From: Nitrospirota bacterium | Lineage (GTDB): Bacteria > JACPQY01 | Length of the DNA stretch: 64,000 nt | Reading direction: 5' to 3' | Assembly: GCA_016180645.1 (NCBI GenBank) | Contig: JACPAV010000003.1 | Location: 248,001-312,000 of the forward strand | In this document: piece after piece, positions 22,609 to 35,510 of the stretch | Layout: every line of letters starts with the position of its first letter | How positions within the stretch are numbered: position 1 is the first letter of the stretch | Position numbers and translations under genes: made by a program | Notes under the pieces: model-generated | The model's database searches: none | Seen by the model: the letters and a program-made list of their open reading frames with translations, nothing else | What the model was told of the DNA's origin: nothing

Positions 22609-23079
22609 CTACCAGCGGTAGTGCGCGAAAGCGCGGTTGGCCTCGGCCATCTTGTGCATCTCTTCCTTCTTCTTCATGGCCGATCCCTTCCCCTGGCAGG
22701 CTTCCATAATCTCACCCGCAAGTCGCTCCGTCATTGTCCGCTCGGGACGGTCCTGGGCGGTCCCGATCAGCCAGCGGAGCGCGAGCGCGAGGCGCCGCTC
22801 TGAGCGTACTTCCATCGGAACCTGGTAGGTGGCGCCCCCGACGCGCCGCGGCCGGACTTCCAAGATGGGTTTCAGATTCTCGACGGCCTTCTTGAAGGAC
22901 TCCACCGCGTTTTCCTTGGTTTTCTTTTCCATGAGATCGAAACACTGGTAGACGATCCGTTCCGCGAGACGCTTCTTTCCCTGGATCATGATGTAGTTCA
23001 CAAACTTTCCCACCAAGTAGTCACCATGCTTGATGTCCGGTTCCGCTTCACGCCGCAAAGATTTTCCTTTTCGTGCCAT
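22609..23079 (-). CDS. rpsG: 30S ribosomal protein S7
   Basis: RRVGGATYQVP, MAEANRAFAHYRW. Confidence 0.98.
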   Translation of the reverse strand: MARKGKSLRREAEPDIKHGDYLVGKFVNYIMIQGKKRLAERIVYQCFDLMEKKTKENAVESFKKAVENLKPILEVRPRRVGGATYQVPMEVRSERRLALALRWLIGTAQDRPERTMTERLAGEIMEACQGKGSAMKKKEEMHKMAEANRAFAHYRW

Positions 23080-23097
23080 GGCTTGGGTGCTCCGGTC

Positions 23098-23469
23098 CTA
23101 TTTCGGGGCTTTCGCGCCGTACTTCGATCGGCCGCGCTTGCGTTCTTGCACGCCCTGACAGTCCAGCACGCCGCGAACGATGTGATACTTCACACCCGGC
23201 AGATCCTTCACGCGACCGCCACGCACGAGTACCACGGAGTGCTCCTGGAGGTTGTGTCCCTCCCCCGGGATGTAGGCGGTCACGACAATACCGTTCGTCA
23301 GCCGCACGCGGGCCACCTTGCGTTGTGCAGAATTCGGCTTCTTGGGCGTCATGATGTAGACGCGAACGCAAACGCCCCGCTTTTGGGGGCAACCGCCCAA
23401 GGCTGCGGTTCTTCTCTTGCTCCGGACTCGGGTCCGCCCGAAGCGAATAAGTTGCTGGAAGGTCGGCAC
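23098..23469 (-). CDS. rpsL: 30S ribosomal protein S12
   Basis: [27 protein letters not shown]. Confidence 0.98.
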   Translation of the reverse strand: MPTFQQLIRFGRTRVRSKRRTAALGGCPQKRGVCVRVYIMTPKKPNSAQRKVARVRLTNGIVVTAYIPGEGHNLQEHSVVLVRGGRVKDLPGVKYHIVRGVLDCQGVQERKRGRSKYGAKAPK

Positions 23470-23475
23470 GGTGGG

Positions 23476-26400
23476 CTATTCCTCCGCGATCTTTTCCGGA
23501 ACCGTTCCGAACGCCAGCGGGGGCTGAACGCCCGGTACTTCCATTGGAGGCTCTGCCGGCACTTCGGCCGGGGGTTCCATGGGAACATCGATCTCCGTCT
23601 TGCGGTATTTCGGGAATCCCGTGCCCGCCGGAACGAGTCGGCCCACGATCACGTTCTCCTTCAGCCCGCGCAGGTAATCGACCTTTCCGCCGACCGCGGC
23701 ATCGGTCAGAATCTTCGTCGTCTCTTGGAAGGAGGCGGCCGAGATGAAGCTGTCGGTTGAAAGCGACGCCCGGCTGATCCCCTGGAGGATGTACTCCGCC
23801 GTGGCCGGCCGGCCCGCCTGCTTGATGATGCGGGCGTTCTCCTCCTCGAACAGGAACTTGTCCACCTCCTCGCCGACGTAGAACGTCGTGTCGCCGGGAG
23901 AAGTGATCTTAACCTTCCGGAGCATGAGGCGGACGATCAATTCGATATGCTTGTCGTTGATCTTGACACCCTGTGAGTCATACACGAGCTGAATTTCGTC
24001 CACGAGATACTTGGCGAGATCCTTGACCCCTCGAACGACCAGGAGGTCATGCGGGTTGGGTGTGCCGTCCATAAGCTGATCGCCGGCCTGGACGTAGTCG
24101 CCTTCATGCACGCAGATATGTTTGCCCCGCGGGATCTGATAGTTCTTGGCCTCGCCGCGGTCTGGTGTCACGATGACCGTCCGCTTGCCCTTGAGGTCTT
24201 TGCCAAACGAAACCACGCCGTTGATTTCGGTGATGACGGCCACCTCTTTGGGGCGTCGCGCTTCCAGAAGTTCGGAGACTCGCGGCAGACCGCCGGTGAT
24301 GTCCTTGGTCTTCGTGGTTTCGCGCGGGATCTTCGCGATCACGTCGCCCGACTCCACATGAGAACCTGCGTCCACCCCGATGTGGGATCCTACCGGCAGG
24401 AAGTAGCTCGTATCCTTGCTGCCGGCGTCCTGCACGATAATCCTGGGCCGCAGATCGACGTTTTTGGCCGCGACAATGATCTTGTGTGAGAGACCGGTCG
24501 CCTCGTCCACCTGCTCGCGGAGCGAAATGCCGTCATGAATATCCTGATACACGACCTTGCCGGCCATGTCCGTCAGAATGACGCTGGAATAGGGATCCCA
24601 TTCCGCAATTCGCTGCCCTTTCTTTACCTTCTCTCCATCTTTGACGAGCAGGAACGCGCCGTAATTGACCGGGAACTTGTGGACAGCCCCGCCGACGCCG
24701 GTCACCTTCACATCGCCATTCCGGGTCATCGCCAGCCAGCGGTTTTCGCCTTTGAGGACGACGCGCAGCTTGTCGCCATAGGTCACGGCGCCATCCGTCG
24801 GGGATTCGATCGTGCTCTTCTCCACGTGCCGGGTGGCGGTGCCGCCGATGTGGAAGGTTCGCATGGTCAATTGCGTGCCCGGCTCGCCCACCGATTGCGC
24901 GGCCACGACTCCAACGGCCTCGCCCAAATGCACCAGGCGCCCCCGGGCGAGATCCCGCCCGTAGCACAGGGCGCAGATTCCGTGGCGGGTCTGGCAGGTC
25001 TGCGGAGACCTCACCATGACGTGCTCGACGGTTTCGCCCGCCTCGCTCAATTTCTCCACCCGGGCTTCGTCAATTTCTTCATTGGCATGGACGATGACTT
25101 CGCCGGTGACGGAGTTGATGATGTCCGTCAGGGCCACGCGGCCCAAAGAGCGCTCGCTCCGGCGGGTTTTGACCTCCCCGCCTTGAATCAAGTCCGTGAC
25201 CTCGATGCCGTCCAGCGTGCCGCAGTCGTTTTCCGTCACGATGGAATCCTGGGCAACGTCCACCATGCGGCGGGTGAGGTAGCCCGCGGTGGCGGTCTTG
25301 AGGGCCGTGTCGGCCAACCCTTTGCGCGCCCCGTGGGTCGAGATGAAGTACTGGAGCATGCTGAGACCCTCGCGCAGGTTGCTCGTGATGGGCGTCGGGA
25401 TGATCTCGCCCGACGGTTTGGCCATCAGGCCTCGCACTCCGGCGAGTTGCCGCATCTGCTCTTCGCTGCCGCGGGCGCCCGAATCGATCATCATAAAGAG
25501 AGGATTGAAGGCGAGCTGATGCTCCTTCTTTCCGTCTTTATTCGTGGCGTCCTCGTAGCTGATTTCACGCTTCATCTCCTCCGCGATCTGGTTCGTGATC
25601 CCGTTCCAGATGCTGATCAGCTTGTTGTATTTCTCGCCCTCGGTGATGACCCCTTCCCGGTATTGGTCTTCGGTCTCCTGGGCCTGTTCATTTCCAAACT
25701 CGATGAGCTTCTTCTTCTCGCTGGGAACAATCATGTCTTTCACGGCCACGGAAATTCCGGCCATGGTCGCGTGGTGGAACCCGAGGTCCTTCAGACGATC
25801 GCCCATGATCACGGTGGCCTTCAGCCCAACACGGCGATAGACCACATCCACCAGCCGGGCCAGTTCCTTCTTGGTCATCAGCTTGTTGATGTCCTCGAAA
25901 GCCATCTCCTCCGGCACAACATCCGCCATGATGACGCGTCCCGGCGTGGTCTGAATCAACTTTCCCTTCACGCGCACCTTGACGCGGGCGTGGAGGTCCA
26001 CGGCGCCGTTGTCGTACGCCTGCCGCGCTTCGGTGAGGTCCCCAAACGACATCCCTTCGCCCCTTGCGCCGACGCGCTCGCGGGTCAAGTAGTAGAGCCC
26101 CAGCACGATATCCTGCGTGGGGTTGATGATCGGTTTCCCGTGCGCCGGAGAAAGAATGTTGTTCGTGGACATGAGGAGAACGCGGGACTCGGTCTGGGCC
26201 TCTACCGAGAGGGGAAGATGGACGGCCATCTGGTCGCCGTCGAAATCCGCGTTGAAGGCCGTGCACACCAGGGGATGGAGTTGAATGGCCTTTTGCTCCG
26301 TGAGAATGGGCTCGAACCCTTGCATGCTGAGCCTGTGCAGCGTGGGCGCGCGGTTGAGAAGGATCGGATGCTCGCGAACCACCTCATCGAGAATGTCCCA

Positions 26401-27627
26401 GACCACCGATTCTTCGCGCTCGACCATTTTCTTGGCGGCCTTGACGGTCGTGGCCAGGCCCCGGTCGATGAGGCGGCCGATGACGAACGGCTTGAACAGC
26501 TCGAGGGCCATGATCTTCGGGAGGCCGCACTGGTGGAGGCGCAGCTCGGGGCCGACGACGATGACCGTTCGGCCGGAGAAATCGACGCGCTTGCCCAGCA
26601 GGTTCTGACGGAAACGGCCCTGCTTCCCTTTGATGAGATCCGAGAGGGACTTCAGCGGCCGCTTGTTGCGACCGTAGACCACGCGACCCCGGCGCCCGTT
26701 CTCGAACAGCGCATCCACCGCTTCCTGCAGCATGCGTTTCTCGTTGTTCAAGATCAGTTCGGGCGTGGCATCCAAGGCCATCAGCTTCTTGAGCCGGTTG
26801 TGCCGGTTGATGACACGACGATAGAGTTCGTTCAGATCGCTTGCCGCGAAGCGCCCGCCCTCCAGGGGAACGAGGGGCCGGAGATCGGGCGGAATGACGG
26901 GAACAACCCGCAGGATCATCCATTCCGGCTTCACACCGGAACGGAGGAAGGCGTCGACAACTTTAAGCCTCTTGAGAAGCTTTTTCCGCTTGGTTTCCGT
27001 CTGGGTCTCCGACATCTGCTTGCGGAGCGAGTCCGACAGTTTCTTCTGGTCCACATCCTTGAGCAGCCTCTCCACCGCCTCGGCGCCCATCCCGGTCTCG
27101 AATTGTCCTCCGAATTTCTCCTTCGCCTCATAGTATTCGTCCCGTGTCAGAACCTGTCCCTTGTGGAGCGTCGTCTTCCGCGGATCGAGGACGATGTACG
27201 ATTCGAAATAGAGAATCCGGTCGAGTTCCTTCGGGCTGAGATCGAGAATGGCACCGATGCGGGACGGGATGGAGTGCACGAACCAAATGTGGGCCACGGG
27301 AGCGGCCAACTCGATGTGGCCCATGCGCTTCCGGCGGACGTCCGCCGAAATGACTTCCACGCCGCACCGATCGCACGTCAGGCCGCGATGCTTCATCCGC
27401 TTGTACTTGCCGCACAGGCACTCGTAATCGCGCACCGGACCGAAAATCTTTGCGCAGAACAGGCCTTCCTTCTCCGGCTTGAAGGTCCGGTAGTTGATCG
27501 TCTCCGGCTTCTTGACCTCGCCGAAGGACCAGCTTCGGACTTGTTCGGGAGAGGCGAGGGAGACCTTGATGGCCCGGATGGTCTGCGGGTCCGTCGTCGG
27601 TTCAAACAGGTTGATCAGTTCGCGCAT
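23476..27627 (-). CDS. rpoC: RNA polymerase beta' subunit
   Basis: KPETINYRT, Zn ribbon, NADFDGD catalytic motif, [13 protein letters not shown]. Confidence 0.99.
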   Translation of the reverse strand: MRELINLFEPTTDPQTIRAIKVSLASPEQVRSWSFGEVKKPETINYRTFKPEKEGLFCAKIFGPVRDYECLCGKYKRMKHRGLTCDRCGVEVISADVRRKRMGHIELAAPVAHIWFVHSIPSRIGAILDLSPKELDRILYFESYIVLDPRKTTLHKGQVLTRDEYYEAKEKFGGQFETGMGAEAVERLLKDVDQKKLSDSLRKQMSETQTETKRKKLLKRLKVVDAFLRSGVKPEWMILRVVPVIPPDLRPLVPLEGGRFAASDLNELYRRVINRHNRLKKLMALDATPELILNNEKRMLQEAVDALFENGRRGRVVYGRNKRPLKSLSDLIKGKQGRFRQNLLGKRVDFSGRTVIVVGPELRLHQCGLPKIMALELFKPFVIGRLIDRGLATTVKAAKKMVEREESVVWDILDEVVREHPILLNRAPTLHRLSMQGFEPILTEQKAIQLHPLVCTAFNADFDGDQMAVHLPLSVEAQTESRVLLMSTNNILSPAHGKPIINPTQDIVLGLYYLTRERVGARGEGMSFGDLTEARQAYDNGAVDLHARVKVRVKGKLIQTTPGRVIMADVVPEEMAFEDINKLMTKKELARLVDVVYRRVGLKATVIMGDRLKDLGFHHATMAGISVAVKDMIVPSEKKKLIEFGNEQAQETEDQYREGVITEGEKYNKLISIWNGITNQIAEEMKREISYEDATNKDGKKEHQLAFNPLFMMIDSGARGSEEQMRQLAGVRGLMAKPSGEIIPTPITSNLREGLSMLQYFISTHGARKGLADTALKTATAGYLTRRMVDVAQDSIVTENDCGTLDGIEVTDLIQGGEVKTRRSERSLGRVALTDIINSVTGEVIVHANEEIDEARVEKLSEAGETVEHVMVRSPQTCQTRHGICALCYGRDLARGRLVHLGEAVGVVAAQSVGEPGTQLTMRTFHIGGTATRHVEKSTIESPTDGAVTYGDKLRVVLKGENRWLAMTRNGDVKVTGVGGAVHKFPVNYGAFLLVKDGEKVKKGQRIAEWDPYSSVILTDMAGKVVYQDIHDGISLREQVDEATGLSHKIIVAAKNVDLRPRIIVQDAGSKDTSYFLPVGSHIGVDAGSHVESGDVIAKIPRETTKTKDITGGLPRVSELLEARRPKEVAVITEINGVVSFGKDLKGKRTVIVTPDRGEAKNYQIPRGKHICVHEGDYVQAGDQLMDGTPNPHDLLVVRGVKDLAKYLVDEIQLVYDSQGVKINDKHIELIVRLMLRKVKITSPGDTTFYVGEEVDKFLFEEENARIIKQAGRPATAEYILQGISRASLSTDSFISAASFQETTKILTDAAVGGKVDYLRGLKENVIVGRLVPAGTGFPKYRKTEIDVPMEPPAEVPAEPPMEVPGVQPPLAFGTVPEKIAEE

Positions 27628-27646
27628 GCGTCACCTCCCGCCCGGT

Positions 27647-30600
27647 CTACGCTTCCTCGGACAAGAGCTCGATGTTGAGCCCGAGTCCTTGAAGTTCCTT
27701 GACGAGCACATTGAACGATTCCGGCATGCCGATATCGAACTCGGTCTGCCCCTTGACGATGGCCTGATAGACGCGGTTCCGCCCCGTGACGTCATCCGAT
27801 TTGACCGTCAAAAATTCCTGGAGGGTGTGGGCCGCGCCGTACGCTTCGAGGGCCCAGACTTCCATTTCACCCAAGCGCTGGCCGCCGAAATGGGCCTTCC
27901 CACCGAGCGGCTGCTGGGTCACCAGTGAGTAACCGCCGACGCTGCGGGCGTGGATCTTGTCGTCCACGAGGTGGTGAAGCTTCATCATGTACATGATGCC
28001 GACGGTCACTTTCTGGGCGAAGGGTTCTCCCGTCCGGCCGTCGAACAGGGTCACCTGCCCTTCCACGGGAAGCCCCGAGCGCTTGAGAAGCGCCTCGATG
28101 TCCGCCTCCCCTGCTCCATCGAAGACCGGAGAGGCCAGGTGGATTCCGTCCTGCTCCCCGAGAGCAAATTCCATGATTTCCTTCTGGGTGGCTCCCTTGA
28201 GCCAATCACACACCTCCCGGTCCTCCTTGTGGATGTCCGCCAGGATGGCCCGGATGTCATCGACGGCCTTTTCCTCTCGCACGGCCGCTTCGATGCGCCT
28301 TCCGAGTTCGTGGGAGGCCCATCCGAGGTGGGTTTCCAGAATCTGTCCCACGTTCATTCGGGAGGGGACGCCGAGCGGGTTGAGCACGATGTCGATGGAG
28401 GTCCCATCCTCCATGATCGGCATGTCTTCCACCGGCGCGATGATCGAGACGACACCCTTGTTCCCATGCCGTCCGGCCATCTTGTCCCCCACCGCCAGCT
28501 TGCGCTTCACGGCCACGTACACCTTGACCAGCTTGACCACGCCGGCCTGGAGTTCGTCGCCACTCCGTATCTTTTCAATTTTCTTGTCGAACGATGAATT
28601 GACGAGATCGAGCAGCTCGTACGAGCGTTCCAGGATCTGTTGAAGCTCCTCCTGTGATTCCTCCGAGCTCAGTTCGATCTTACCCAGCAGCTCAAACGGA
28701 ACTTCGTCCAGGACCTTGTCCGAGATCTTCTCACCCTTGTTCACATAGACTTGGCGCTTCTTGGGGTTCTTCAACGCGTCTTTGGCCACCTTGCCGACCA
28801 GCGACGGACGCACCTGGGACAGGGCGTTCTCCTGAATGATGCGGATTTCGTCCTGACGGTCCTGCTCCAGCTTGTTGATGTCGTCCTGCTCGATGGCCTG
28901 GGCGCGCAGATCCTTGCTCACGCCCTTGCGGGTGAAGACGCGCGCATCGATGACCGTGCCGTAGATGCCGGGCGGGACGGTGAGCGACATGTTTTTCACA
29001 TCGCGCCCTTTTTCACCGAAGATCGCGCGCATGAGGCGTTCGTCGGAGGAAAGCTGGGTCTCGCTTTTCGGGGTGATCTTGCCGACCAGGATATCGCTCG
29101 GCTTCACTTCCGCGCCGATCCGGACGATGCCGCTCTCGTCGAGATTCTTGAGGAGTTCCTCGCCGACGTCCGGAATGTCCCGCGTGATTTCCTCCGGCCC
29201 GAGCTTGGTATCCCGCGCCGCGCACTCGAACTCCTCGATGTGGATGGACGTGAAATGATCTTCGCGAACCATCCGCTCGCTGATCACGATCGAGTCCTCA
29301 AAGTTGAATCCCCGCCACGGCATGAACGCCACGAGCGCGTTCTTGCCGAGCGCCAGATCGCCGCCTTCGGTGGCCATCCCGTCGGCTACCACCTGGCCGG
29401 CCACGACCTTCTGGCCGTTCAGGACGATGGACTTCTGGTTGATGCAGGTGTTCTGGTTGCTCCTCTTGAACTTCGTGAGGTTATAAATGTCCACACCCGA
29501 ATCGTTGATGTCTTTCACCGGTTTCTTCGAGCGGATGACGATGCGGGAGGAATCGACGTATTCCACCACGCCGTCCCGTTTTGACATGATGGTCGAGCCG
29601 GAGTCGCGGGCCACGATGGGTTCCATGCCCGTTCCGACCAACGGCGCTTCGGGCCGGATAAGCGGCACGGCCTGCCTTTGCATGTTGCACCCCATGAGGG
29701 CCCGGTTGGCGTCGTCGTGCTCCAGAAAGGGGATGAGGCCGGCGCCCACGGAGATGAGTTGGTTGGGCGACACGTCCATGAAATGCACTTCCTCCGGTTT
29801 GACGAAGGCAAACTCGCCCTTGCTGCGCGCGGTGATCAGATCGCTCGTAAACCGGCCGTGCTTGTCGAGCGGGTTATTCGCCTGCGAGATGACGTATTGT
29901 TCCTCTTCCAGGGCGGTGAGGTACTTCACCTCCCCGGTCGTGCGGGAATCCTTGACCACCATGTACGGCGTCTCGAGGAAACCGAATTCGTTGGTCCGCG
30001 CGTACGTCGAGAGCGACACGATCAGTCCAATGTTCTGCCCTTCCGGCGTTTCGATCGGGCAGATGCGGCCGTAGTGGCTGGGATGCACGTCGCGCACTTC
30101 GAAACCGGCGCGTTCGCGCGTGAGGCCGCCGGCGCCGAGGGCGCTCAGTCGACGCTTGTGGGTCACCTCGGAGAGAGGGTTCGTCTGATCCATGAACTGC
30201 GAAAGCTGACCGGTGTAGTAGAACTCCCGGAGGCTGGCCATGACCGGCTTGATGTTGATGATGTCCCTCGGCATCAGCGTATCGATCTCCTGGCCGCTGC
30301 CGCTGAGGCGCTCCTTCACCGAGCGCGAGAGCCGCATGAGGCCCGACCGGAATTGGCCTTCGACCAGCTCGCCGACGCTTCGCACGCGGCGGTTTCCCAG
30401 GTGGTCCACATCATCCTCGCGTTCCGCGCCCATCTTGATCCGGATGAGGTGTTCCACCACTCCAAGGACGTCTTCCTTCCGGAGGGTCGTGTGTTCCACG
30501 GGCACATCCTGCCGCAGCCGCATGTTCAGCTTGTGCCGGCCCACGCGGGAGAGGTCGTAGCGCTCGGGGTTGAAAAACATATTGTGGAAGAAATCCATCG

Positions 30601-31732
30601 CGATTTCTTCGCTCGTCACGTCCGTGATCCGAAGTTTGCGATAAATGTCGATAATGGCCTCGCGATGGGTCTGAACCTTGTCGCTCGCGATGGTTTTTTG
30701 CATGGAGGGAATGGCCGCCATGCTGTCGACATAGATCACATGGAATTTCTCGACTCCGGCGGCGACGATCTCCTCGATTTTCTCCGACGTCAGCGCCTCA
30801 TTCGTCTTGGCAAGGGTTTCCTTGGTCTTCGGATTCAGGATCTCACGCGCGGTGATCCGATCCTTCAATTCCGACGCCGTCACCGGAATCTCCATCTCTT
30901 CGAAATCCTTCTGTTTCTGAAGCTGAGGGTCGAAAAGCATCTTGACCTTGCGGCGGGCATTGGCCAGGTTTCGAGAGTCTTTGAGGTCGCCGAACATGCT
31001 CGCCCAGAACTGCTCGCGAATCTTGCGCACCAGCTTTTTTCCGTCCACCACGATCTCCTCGACGGGATAGAAGTGTTCGAGGAGGAATTCCGCCGTAAAT
31101 CCCAGGGCCTTTAGGAGAACCGTGGCGGGAATCTTCCGTCGACCGTCGATGCGGACGTACAGGATGTCGTTGGAATCAAACTCAAAATCCAGCCAGGAGC
31201 CCCGGGAAGGGATCAGCCGGGCGATATACGTATTCTTGTCCCGGTCGAAAAGGCACCCCGGCGACCGGTGGAGCTGGTTGACCACCACCCGTTCCACCCC
31301 ATTGATAATGAAGGTTCCGCGATCGGTGATCAGGGGGATCTCGCCGAAATATATTTCGTCCTCCTTCACCACCCGCGTGCTCTTCTGCTTCGTCTCGGGG
31401 TCGAGATCATACAGCGCAAGGCGGAACGTGACCCGCATGGGCGAGGCGAAACTGGCGCCTTTGATCCGGCATTCGTCGATGTCGTACTTCGGTTCCAGCA
31501 GCTTGTACTTCACAAACTCGATGCTGGCCGTCCGCTCGTAGTTCTCAATCGGGAAGATGCTCTTGAAGGCTTTCTGGAGACCCACGTTGCGCCGCTTCTC
31601 CGGCTCCGTCGCCGCCTGCAGAAAATCCGCATAGGACTTCCGCTGGATCTCGATCAGATCCGGAATGTCGACGAGCGGCTTGATCCGCCCGAACGACCGA
31701 CGATATCTTCTCCCCTTGAGCGCCGACGACAT
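27647..31732 (-). CDS. rpoB: RNA polymerase beta subunit
   Basis: [45 protein letters not shown]. Confidence 0.99.
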   Translation of the reverse strand: MSSALKGRRYRRSFGRIKPLVDIPDLIEIQRKSYADFLQAATEPEKRRNVGLQKAFKSIFPIENYERTASIEFVKYKLLEPKYDIDECRIKGASFASPMRVTFRLALYDLDPETKQKSTRVVKEDEIYFGEIPLITDRGTFIINGVERVVVNQLHRSPGCLFDRDKNTYIARLIPSRGSWLDFEFDSNDILYVRIDGRRKIPATVLLKALGFTAEFLLEHFYPVEEIVVDGKKLVRKIREQFWASMFGDLKDSRNLANARRKVKMLFDPQLQKQKDFEEMEIPVTASELKDRITAREILNPKTKETLAKTNEALTSEKIEEIVAAGVEKFHVIYVDSMAAIPSMQKTIASDKVQTHREAIIDIYRKLRITDVTSEEIAMDFFHNMFFNPERYDLSRVGRHKLNMRLRQDVPVEHTTLRKEDVLGVVEHLIRIKMGAEREDDVDHLGNRRVRSVGELVEGQFRSGLMRLSRSVKERLSGSGQEIDTLMPRDIINIKPVMASLREFYYTGQLSQFMDQTNPLSEVTHKRRLSALGAGGLTRERAGFEVRDVHPSHYGRICPIETPEGQNIGLIVSLSTYARTNEFGFLETPYMVVKDSRTTGEVKYLTALEEEQYVISQANNPLDKHGRFTSDLITARSKGEFAFVKPEEVHFMDVSPNQLISVGAGLIPFLEHDDANRALMGCNMQRQAVPLIRPEAPLVGTGMEPIVARDSGSTIMSKRDGVVEYVDSSRIVIRSKKPVKDINDSGVDIYNLTKFKRSNQNTCINQKSIVLNGQKVVAGQVVADGMATEGGDLALGKNALVAFMPWRGFNFEDSIVISERMVREDHFTSIHIEEFECAARDTKLGPEEITRDIPDVGEELLKNLDESGIVRIGAEVKPSDILVGKITPKSETQLSSDERLMRAIFGEKGRDVKNMSLTVPPGIYGTVIDARVFTRKGVSKDLRAQAIEQDDINKLEQDRQDEIRIIQENALSQVRPSLVGKVAKDALKNPKKRQVYVNKGEKISDKVLDEVPFELLGKIELSSEESQEELQQILERSYELLDLVNSSFDKKIEKIRSGDELQAGVVKLVKVYVAVKRKLAVGDKMAGRHGNKGVVSIIAPVEDMPIMEDGTSIDIVLNPLGVPSRMNVGQILETHLGWASHELGRRIEAAVREEKAVDDIRAILADIHKEDREVCDWLKGATQKEIMEFALGEQDGIHLASPVFDGAGEADIEALLKRSGLPVEGQVTLFDGRTGEPFAQKVTVGIMYMMKLHHLVDDKIHARSVGGYSLVTQQPLGGKAHFGGQRLGEMEVWALEAYGAAHTLQEFLTVKSDDVTGRNRVYQAIVKGQTEFDIGMPESFNVLVKELQGLGLNIELLSEEA

Positions 31733-31749
31733 GCGTCCTCCCCGTGCCC

Positions 31750-32133
31750 TTACTGAAGTTCCACCGTCGCACCGACCTCCGACAGCTTCTTCTTGATCTC
31801 CTCAGATTCCGCCTTGTTCGCGCCCTCCTTGATGGCTTTCGGCGCGCTCTCGACGAACTCCTTCGCCTCCTTGAGTCCCAGCCCCGTGATTTCGCGGACC
31901 ACCTTGATCACCTGGAGCTTGTTGGCGCCCACGTTGGCCAGAACGACCTTGAAGTCGGTCTTCTCCTCCGCCTTGGCCGGGGCACCCGCACCGCCCATCG
32001 GTCCGGCCGCCATCATCGGCATCGCGGCAGTGACGCCCAGTTTTTCCTCGAGCTTCTTGATGAACTTTGAGAGTTCGATCACCGGCATTTTCTCGATGTA
32101 GTTGATTACGTCTTCTTCATTCAACTCGGCCAT
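31750..32133 (-). CDS. rplL: 50S ribosomal protein L7/L12
   Basis: [24 protein letters not shown]. Confidence 0.98.
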   Translation of the reverse strand: MAELNEEDVINYIEKMPVIELSKFIKKLEEKLGVTAAMPMMAAGPMGGAGAPAKAEEKTDFKVVLANVGANKLQVIKVVREITGLGLKEAKEFVESAPKAIKEGANKAESEEIKKKLSEVGATVELQ

Positions 32134-32142
32134 GGTTCCTCC

Positions 32143-32670
32143 TTAGGACGTCTGAGAATTTCGTTTCTGCTCCAGCGCTTTGAGAACGAGCACCAGTTTC
32201 AGCGGCACACCCTGAAGAACACTCAGAAGGTTCAAAAGGGGCGCCTTTATAACACCGACCATCTGTGAAAGCAATATTTCCCGACTCGGCAGAGCGGCGA
32301 GCACGTTCAGATCCTCCACGCTCGTCAGCCGATCGCCCACGAAAGCCCCCTTGATTTTGAACGGAGGACACTTCTTGCCGAAATCGACGAGCGCCTTGGC
32401 CAATGGGACGGGGTCTCCAATAGCCACCGCCACCGCGGTTGATCCGCTCAGATGGGGCTGAAGCCCCTTGAACGGGGTATCCCCCAGCGCCTTTTCCAAG
32501 AGCGTGTTCTTCGCGACCTGGTATTTTCCATTCACCTTGCGGATGCGGCGACGCAGCTCGACCGCCTCGGCGACCTTCATCCCCTTAAACTCAGCGAGGA
32601 TGACCGCCTGGGCCGACGCGACCACGCCCTTGAAATCCTTGACGAACGTCTCTTTCTCCGTCTTGGTCAC
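32143..32670 (-). CDS. rplJ: 50S ribosomal protein L10
   Basis: VAKNTL, LPSREILL; lies between rplA and rplL. Confidence 0.95.
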   Translation of the reverse strand: MTKTEKETFVKDFKGVVASAQAVILAEFKGMKVAEAVELRRRIRKVNGKYQVAKNTLLEKALGDTPFKGLQPHLSGSTAVAVAIGDPVPLAKALVDFGKKCPPFKIKGAFVGDRLTSVEDLNVLAALPSREILLSQMVGVIKAPLLNLLSVLQGVPLKLVLVLKALEQKRNSQTS

Positions 32671-32688
32671 GCCCCACCACCTTCCGTG

Positions 32689-32722
32689 AATCTCAAATTT
32701 GAAATTTGAGATTTGAGATCTC
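32689..32722. repeat. AT-rich 12-bp perfect inverted repeat built from TTTGARA heptamers
   Basis: aatctcaaattt-g-aaatttgagatt followed by tgagatctc in the rplA-rplJ spacer. Confidence 0.65.
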
Positions 32723-32734
32723 GCGAGAGCGGGG

Positions 32735-33430
32735 TCACGCCGCCACCTCCAGAACCGCCACTTTCACGGCAGGGCCCATCGTGGTCGACACCGCCACGTT
32801 CCGGATGTAAATGCCTTTCACGCCGGACGGCTTTGCGCGCTGCACCGCTTCGAGGAGCGATTTGAAATTCTCCACCAATTTGTCTTTTCCGAAGGACGCC
32901 TTGCCGACCACCGCGTGCAGATTCCCCGCCTTGTCGACTTTGAACTCCACCTTGCCGGCCTTCAAATCCCGCACGGCCTTGCCCACGTCGAACGTCACCG
33001 TGCCCAGCTTGGGGTTCGGCATGAGGCCGCGAGGGCCGAGCACCTTTCCGAGTTTCCCGACTTTGGCCATGACATCGGGCGTGGCCACGACTTTGTCGAA
33101 CTCGAGCCAGCCCCCATTGATCTTTTCCACCAAATCATCGAGACCGATCACATCCGCCCCGGCCTCCTGCGCCTCCTTGGCCTTGTCGCCCGCCGCGAAG
33201 GCCAGAACGCGCACCGATCGACCCGTTCCATTCGGGAGTAGAGCGGTTCCACGCACCATCTGATCCGCGTGCCTCGGGTCCACGCCCAATCGGAAAGCCA
33301 CGTCCACGGTCTCATCGAACTTCACGAATTTCCTCTGGAGAATCATGTCGAAGGCGTCCGTCGCTTCGTAGCGCTTGTTGCGATCGATCCCCTCCCGGGC
33401 CTTCTCGGTCCGCTTCCCGTGGTCAGCCAT
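32735..33430 (-). CDS. rplA: 50S ribosomal protein L1
   Basis: [33 protein letters not shown]. Confidence 0.98.
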   Translation of the reverse strand: MADHGKRTEKAREGIDRNKRYEATDAFDMILQRKFVKFDETVDVAFRLGVDPRHADQMVRGTALLPNGTGRSVRVLAFAAGDKAKEAQEAGADVIGLDDLVEKINGGWLEFDKVVATPDVMAKVGKLGKVLGPRGLMPNPKLGTVTFDVGKAVRDLKAGKVEFKVDKAGNLHAVVGKASFGKDKLVENFKSLLEAVQRAKPSGVKGIYIRNVAVSTTMGPAVKVAVLEVAA

Positions 33431-33861
33431 CAGTTCCCCTCCACGGTAATGCCCATGCTTCTCGCCGTGCCCGCCACGGTGCGCATGGCGGACTCCACGC
33501 TGTCCGTGTTGAGGTCGGGCAGCTTCTTCTGCGCGATTTCCTTCACCTGGGCCATCGTAACCGTTCCCACTTTTTCGCGGCCCGGCTGGGCGGTTCCCTT
33601 AATAATGTTGGCAGCCTTCTTGAGAAGCTCCGAAACCGGCGGGACTTTCACAACGTAGGTGAAGCTGCGGTCCGAGTAGACCGTCACCTCCACCGGAAGA
33701 ATCGTTCCCGACTCTTTCTGGGTCTTCGAGTTGAAGTCCTTCACGAACTCGCCGATGTTGACGCCGTGCTGGCCGAGGGCCGGACCGACCGGTGGGGACG
33801 GGCTCGCCTGGCCGCCCGGGATCATCAGCTTGATTTTGCGCATCTCCTTCTTGGGAGCCAT
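33430..33861 (-). CDS. rplK: 50S ribosomal protein L11
   Basis: [22 protein letters not shown]. Confidence 0.98.
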   Translation of the reverse strand: MAPKKEMRKIKLMIPGGQASPSPPVGPALGQHGVNIGEFVKDFNSKTQKESGTILPVEVTVYSDRSFTYVVKVPPVSELLKKAANIIKGTAQPGREKVGTVTMAQVKEIAQKKLPDLNTDSVESAMRTVAGTARSMGITVEGN

Positions 33862-34421
33862 CAGTCTCTCTCCACTTGGTCAATGTCCAGCTCGACCGGC
33901 GTGGGCCGGCCGAAAATGCTGAACGTCACTTTCACCGTCTTGTGGTCCACGTTGAGCTCGTCCACGATTCCCGAGAAACCGACGAACGGTCCGGCCGTGA
34001 CGCGGACGTGATCGCCCTTCTCCAGCGTGGTGCCCGGCTTCATCTTCAGCGTGCCGTCTTCGATCTGTTTCGACAGATCCTCCACCTCGGAGTCCGGGAT
34101 GATGGCCGGCGTCTTGTTCCCACCGACAAATCCCGTGACGCGCGGGGTGTTCCGCACCAGGTGCCAGGTCTTCTCGTTCAGGTCCATCTTCACGAGGATG
34201 TAGCCCGAAAAAACCGGCCGCTTGACCGTCTTGGGCTTGTTCCTCTTGGTTTCCGTGACTTCCTGTGAGGGGATCAGGATATTGTCGAAATACTCCTGGA
34301 GGCCACTCGCCTTCACCCGGTCCTCGAGACAGGACTTGGCCACGTTTTCATAGCCCGAGAGGGTGTGAACGAGATACCACTTCTTGTTCACAACCGCCTT
34401 GGTCACTTCCGCCTCACTCAA
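33861..34421 (-). CDS. nusG: Transcription termination/antitermination factor NusG
   Basis: [38 protein letters not shown]. Confidence 0.97.
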   Translation of the reverse strand: MSEAEVTKAVVNKKWYLVHTLSGYENVAKSCLEDRVKASGLQEYFDNILIPSQEVTETKRNKPKTVKRPVFSGYILVKMDLNEKTWHLVRNTPRVTGFVGGNKTPAIIPDSEVEDLSKQIEDGTLKMKPGTTLEKGDHVRVTAGPFVGFSGIVDELNVDHKTVKVTFSIFGRPTPVELDIDQVERD

Positions 34422-34731
34422 GGATCCACCTCATGACTCGGCTGAATACGGCATCGAGCGACGCCAGGATCACCATCACGGCGATGCACGTCGCCACCAC
34501 GACGGTTGTCGAAAGCATCACCTCTTTCCGCCCGGGCCAGGTGACGCTCTTCAGCTCGATGACGACCTCGCGGAAATACTGCGTGGATTTTCGCACCGTC
34601 TCCATGATCCGGGCGGGGGAAAGAGACTGGGCCAGGGAGCCGATCTTGACCTTTTCAGCCAGACGCTCCCCGATGGGGGCCTTCTCTTCAACCTTGTCAC
34701 CGCCTTCGTGAACAATCGTGTCCGCCATCAT
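34414..34731 (-). CDS. secE: Preprotein translocase SecE
   Basis: ELKSVTWP motif plus a C-terminal TM; between tRNA-Trp and nusG; start uncertain. Confidence 0.9.
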   Translation of the reverse strand: MMADTIVHEGGDKVEEKAPIGERLAEKVKIGSLAQSLSPARIMETVRKSTQYFREVVIELKSVTWPGRKEVMLSTTVVVATCIAVMVILASLDAVFSRVMRWILE

Positions 34732-34779
34732 CCTCAATCCTTGTGCTTCCCATCCACATCGACCGGTTCCAAGGTCGAG

Positions 34780-34853
34780 CAGGCCAGGAGGGATTCGAAC
34801 CCCCAACCCGCGGTTTTGGAGACCGCTGCTCTGCCAGTTAGAGCTACTGGCCT
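34780..34853 (-). tRNA. tRNA-Trp(CCA)
   Basis: AGGCCAG/CTGGCCT acceptor stem, GCGGT-CTCCAAA-ACCGC anticodon arm, TTCGAAT T-loop; no encoded CCA. Confidence 0.96.
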
Positions 34854-34904
34854 GTACGCAAGAGAATTCCATCCGCCGGTGCCAGAACCGAGCATGAGCG
34901 CCCC

Positions 34905-35057
34905 TCAGACCTTCGTTTCCTTATGGTTGGTATGCTTCCTGCAAAACCGGCAGTACTTCTTGAACTGCAGTTTGTCCGGCGTGGTCGTCTTGTTCTTGGA
35001 CGACGTATAGTTCCGGCGCTTGCAAACTTCACAGGCCAGCGACAGTAACGCGCGCAT
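34905..35057 (-). CDS. rpmG: 50S ribosomal protein L33 (Zn-binding type)
   Basis: Translated by hand: [50 protein letters not shown]. Confidence 0.96.
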   Translation of the reverse strand: MRALLSLACEVCKRRNYTSSKNKTTTPDKLQFKKYCRFCRKHTNHKETKV

Positions 35058-35113
35058 TCGATCCCTCGCGATTCAGCGGCCGTCCGCCGGTGGACCTGCC
35101 GGCAGGCCCCAAG

Positions 35114-35186
35114 AGCCCACCAGCGGGATTGAACCGCTGACCTCACCCTTACCAAGGGTGTGCTCTACCAACTGAGCTAGGTGGGC
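35114..35186 (-). tRNA. tRNA-Thr(GGT)
   Basis: GCCCACC/GGTGGGC stem, CACCC-TTGGTAA-GGGTG anticodon arm. Confidence 0.96.
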
Positions 35187-35251
35187 GACGCTAAGAGCCG
35201 ATAGCCTCTCCATTCGTCGTCCCCGGAGCAGAGCGAAGGGGGCGACCCGAA

Positions 35252-35323
35252 AGCGGGCGATGGGAGTCGAACCCACGACCCTCTGCTTGGAAGGCAGATG
35301 TTCTACCCCTGAACTACGCCCGC
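35252..35323 (-). tRNA. tRNA-Gly(TCC)
   Basis: GCGGGCG/CGCCCGC stem, TCTGC-CTTCCAA-GCAGA anticodon arm. Confidence 0.96.
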
Positions 35324-35427
35324 AGGATCCCAAGCGATGAGCTATGAGCAATGAGGACAAAGCGGCCCGCGCTTGAATTCCTTGGTTCGACCTCATCGCT
35401 TTGACCTCATCGCTCATGCCGGATGGG

Positions 35428-35510
35428 TGGAGAGGGAGGGATTTGAACCCCCGAAGGCGTACGCCAACAGATTTACAGTCTGTCCCCGTTGGCCGCTTGG
35501 GTACCTCTCC
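35428..35510 (-). tRNA. tRNA-Tyr(GTA)
   Basis: GGAGAGG/CCTCTCC stem, ACAGA-CTGTAAA-TCTGT anticodon arm, long variable arm. Confidence 0.96.

Noticed and set aside
24535-27678. 1047-aa plus-strand ORF, and similar long ORFs at 8370-10388, 19936-22017, 29678-31114, 50416-51705 and 53501-54730
   Set aside because: Antisense shadows of well-conserved genes in GC-rich DNA; no recognisable motifs
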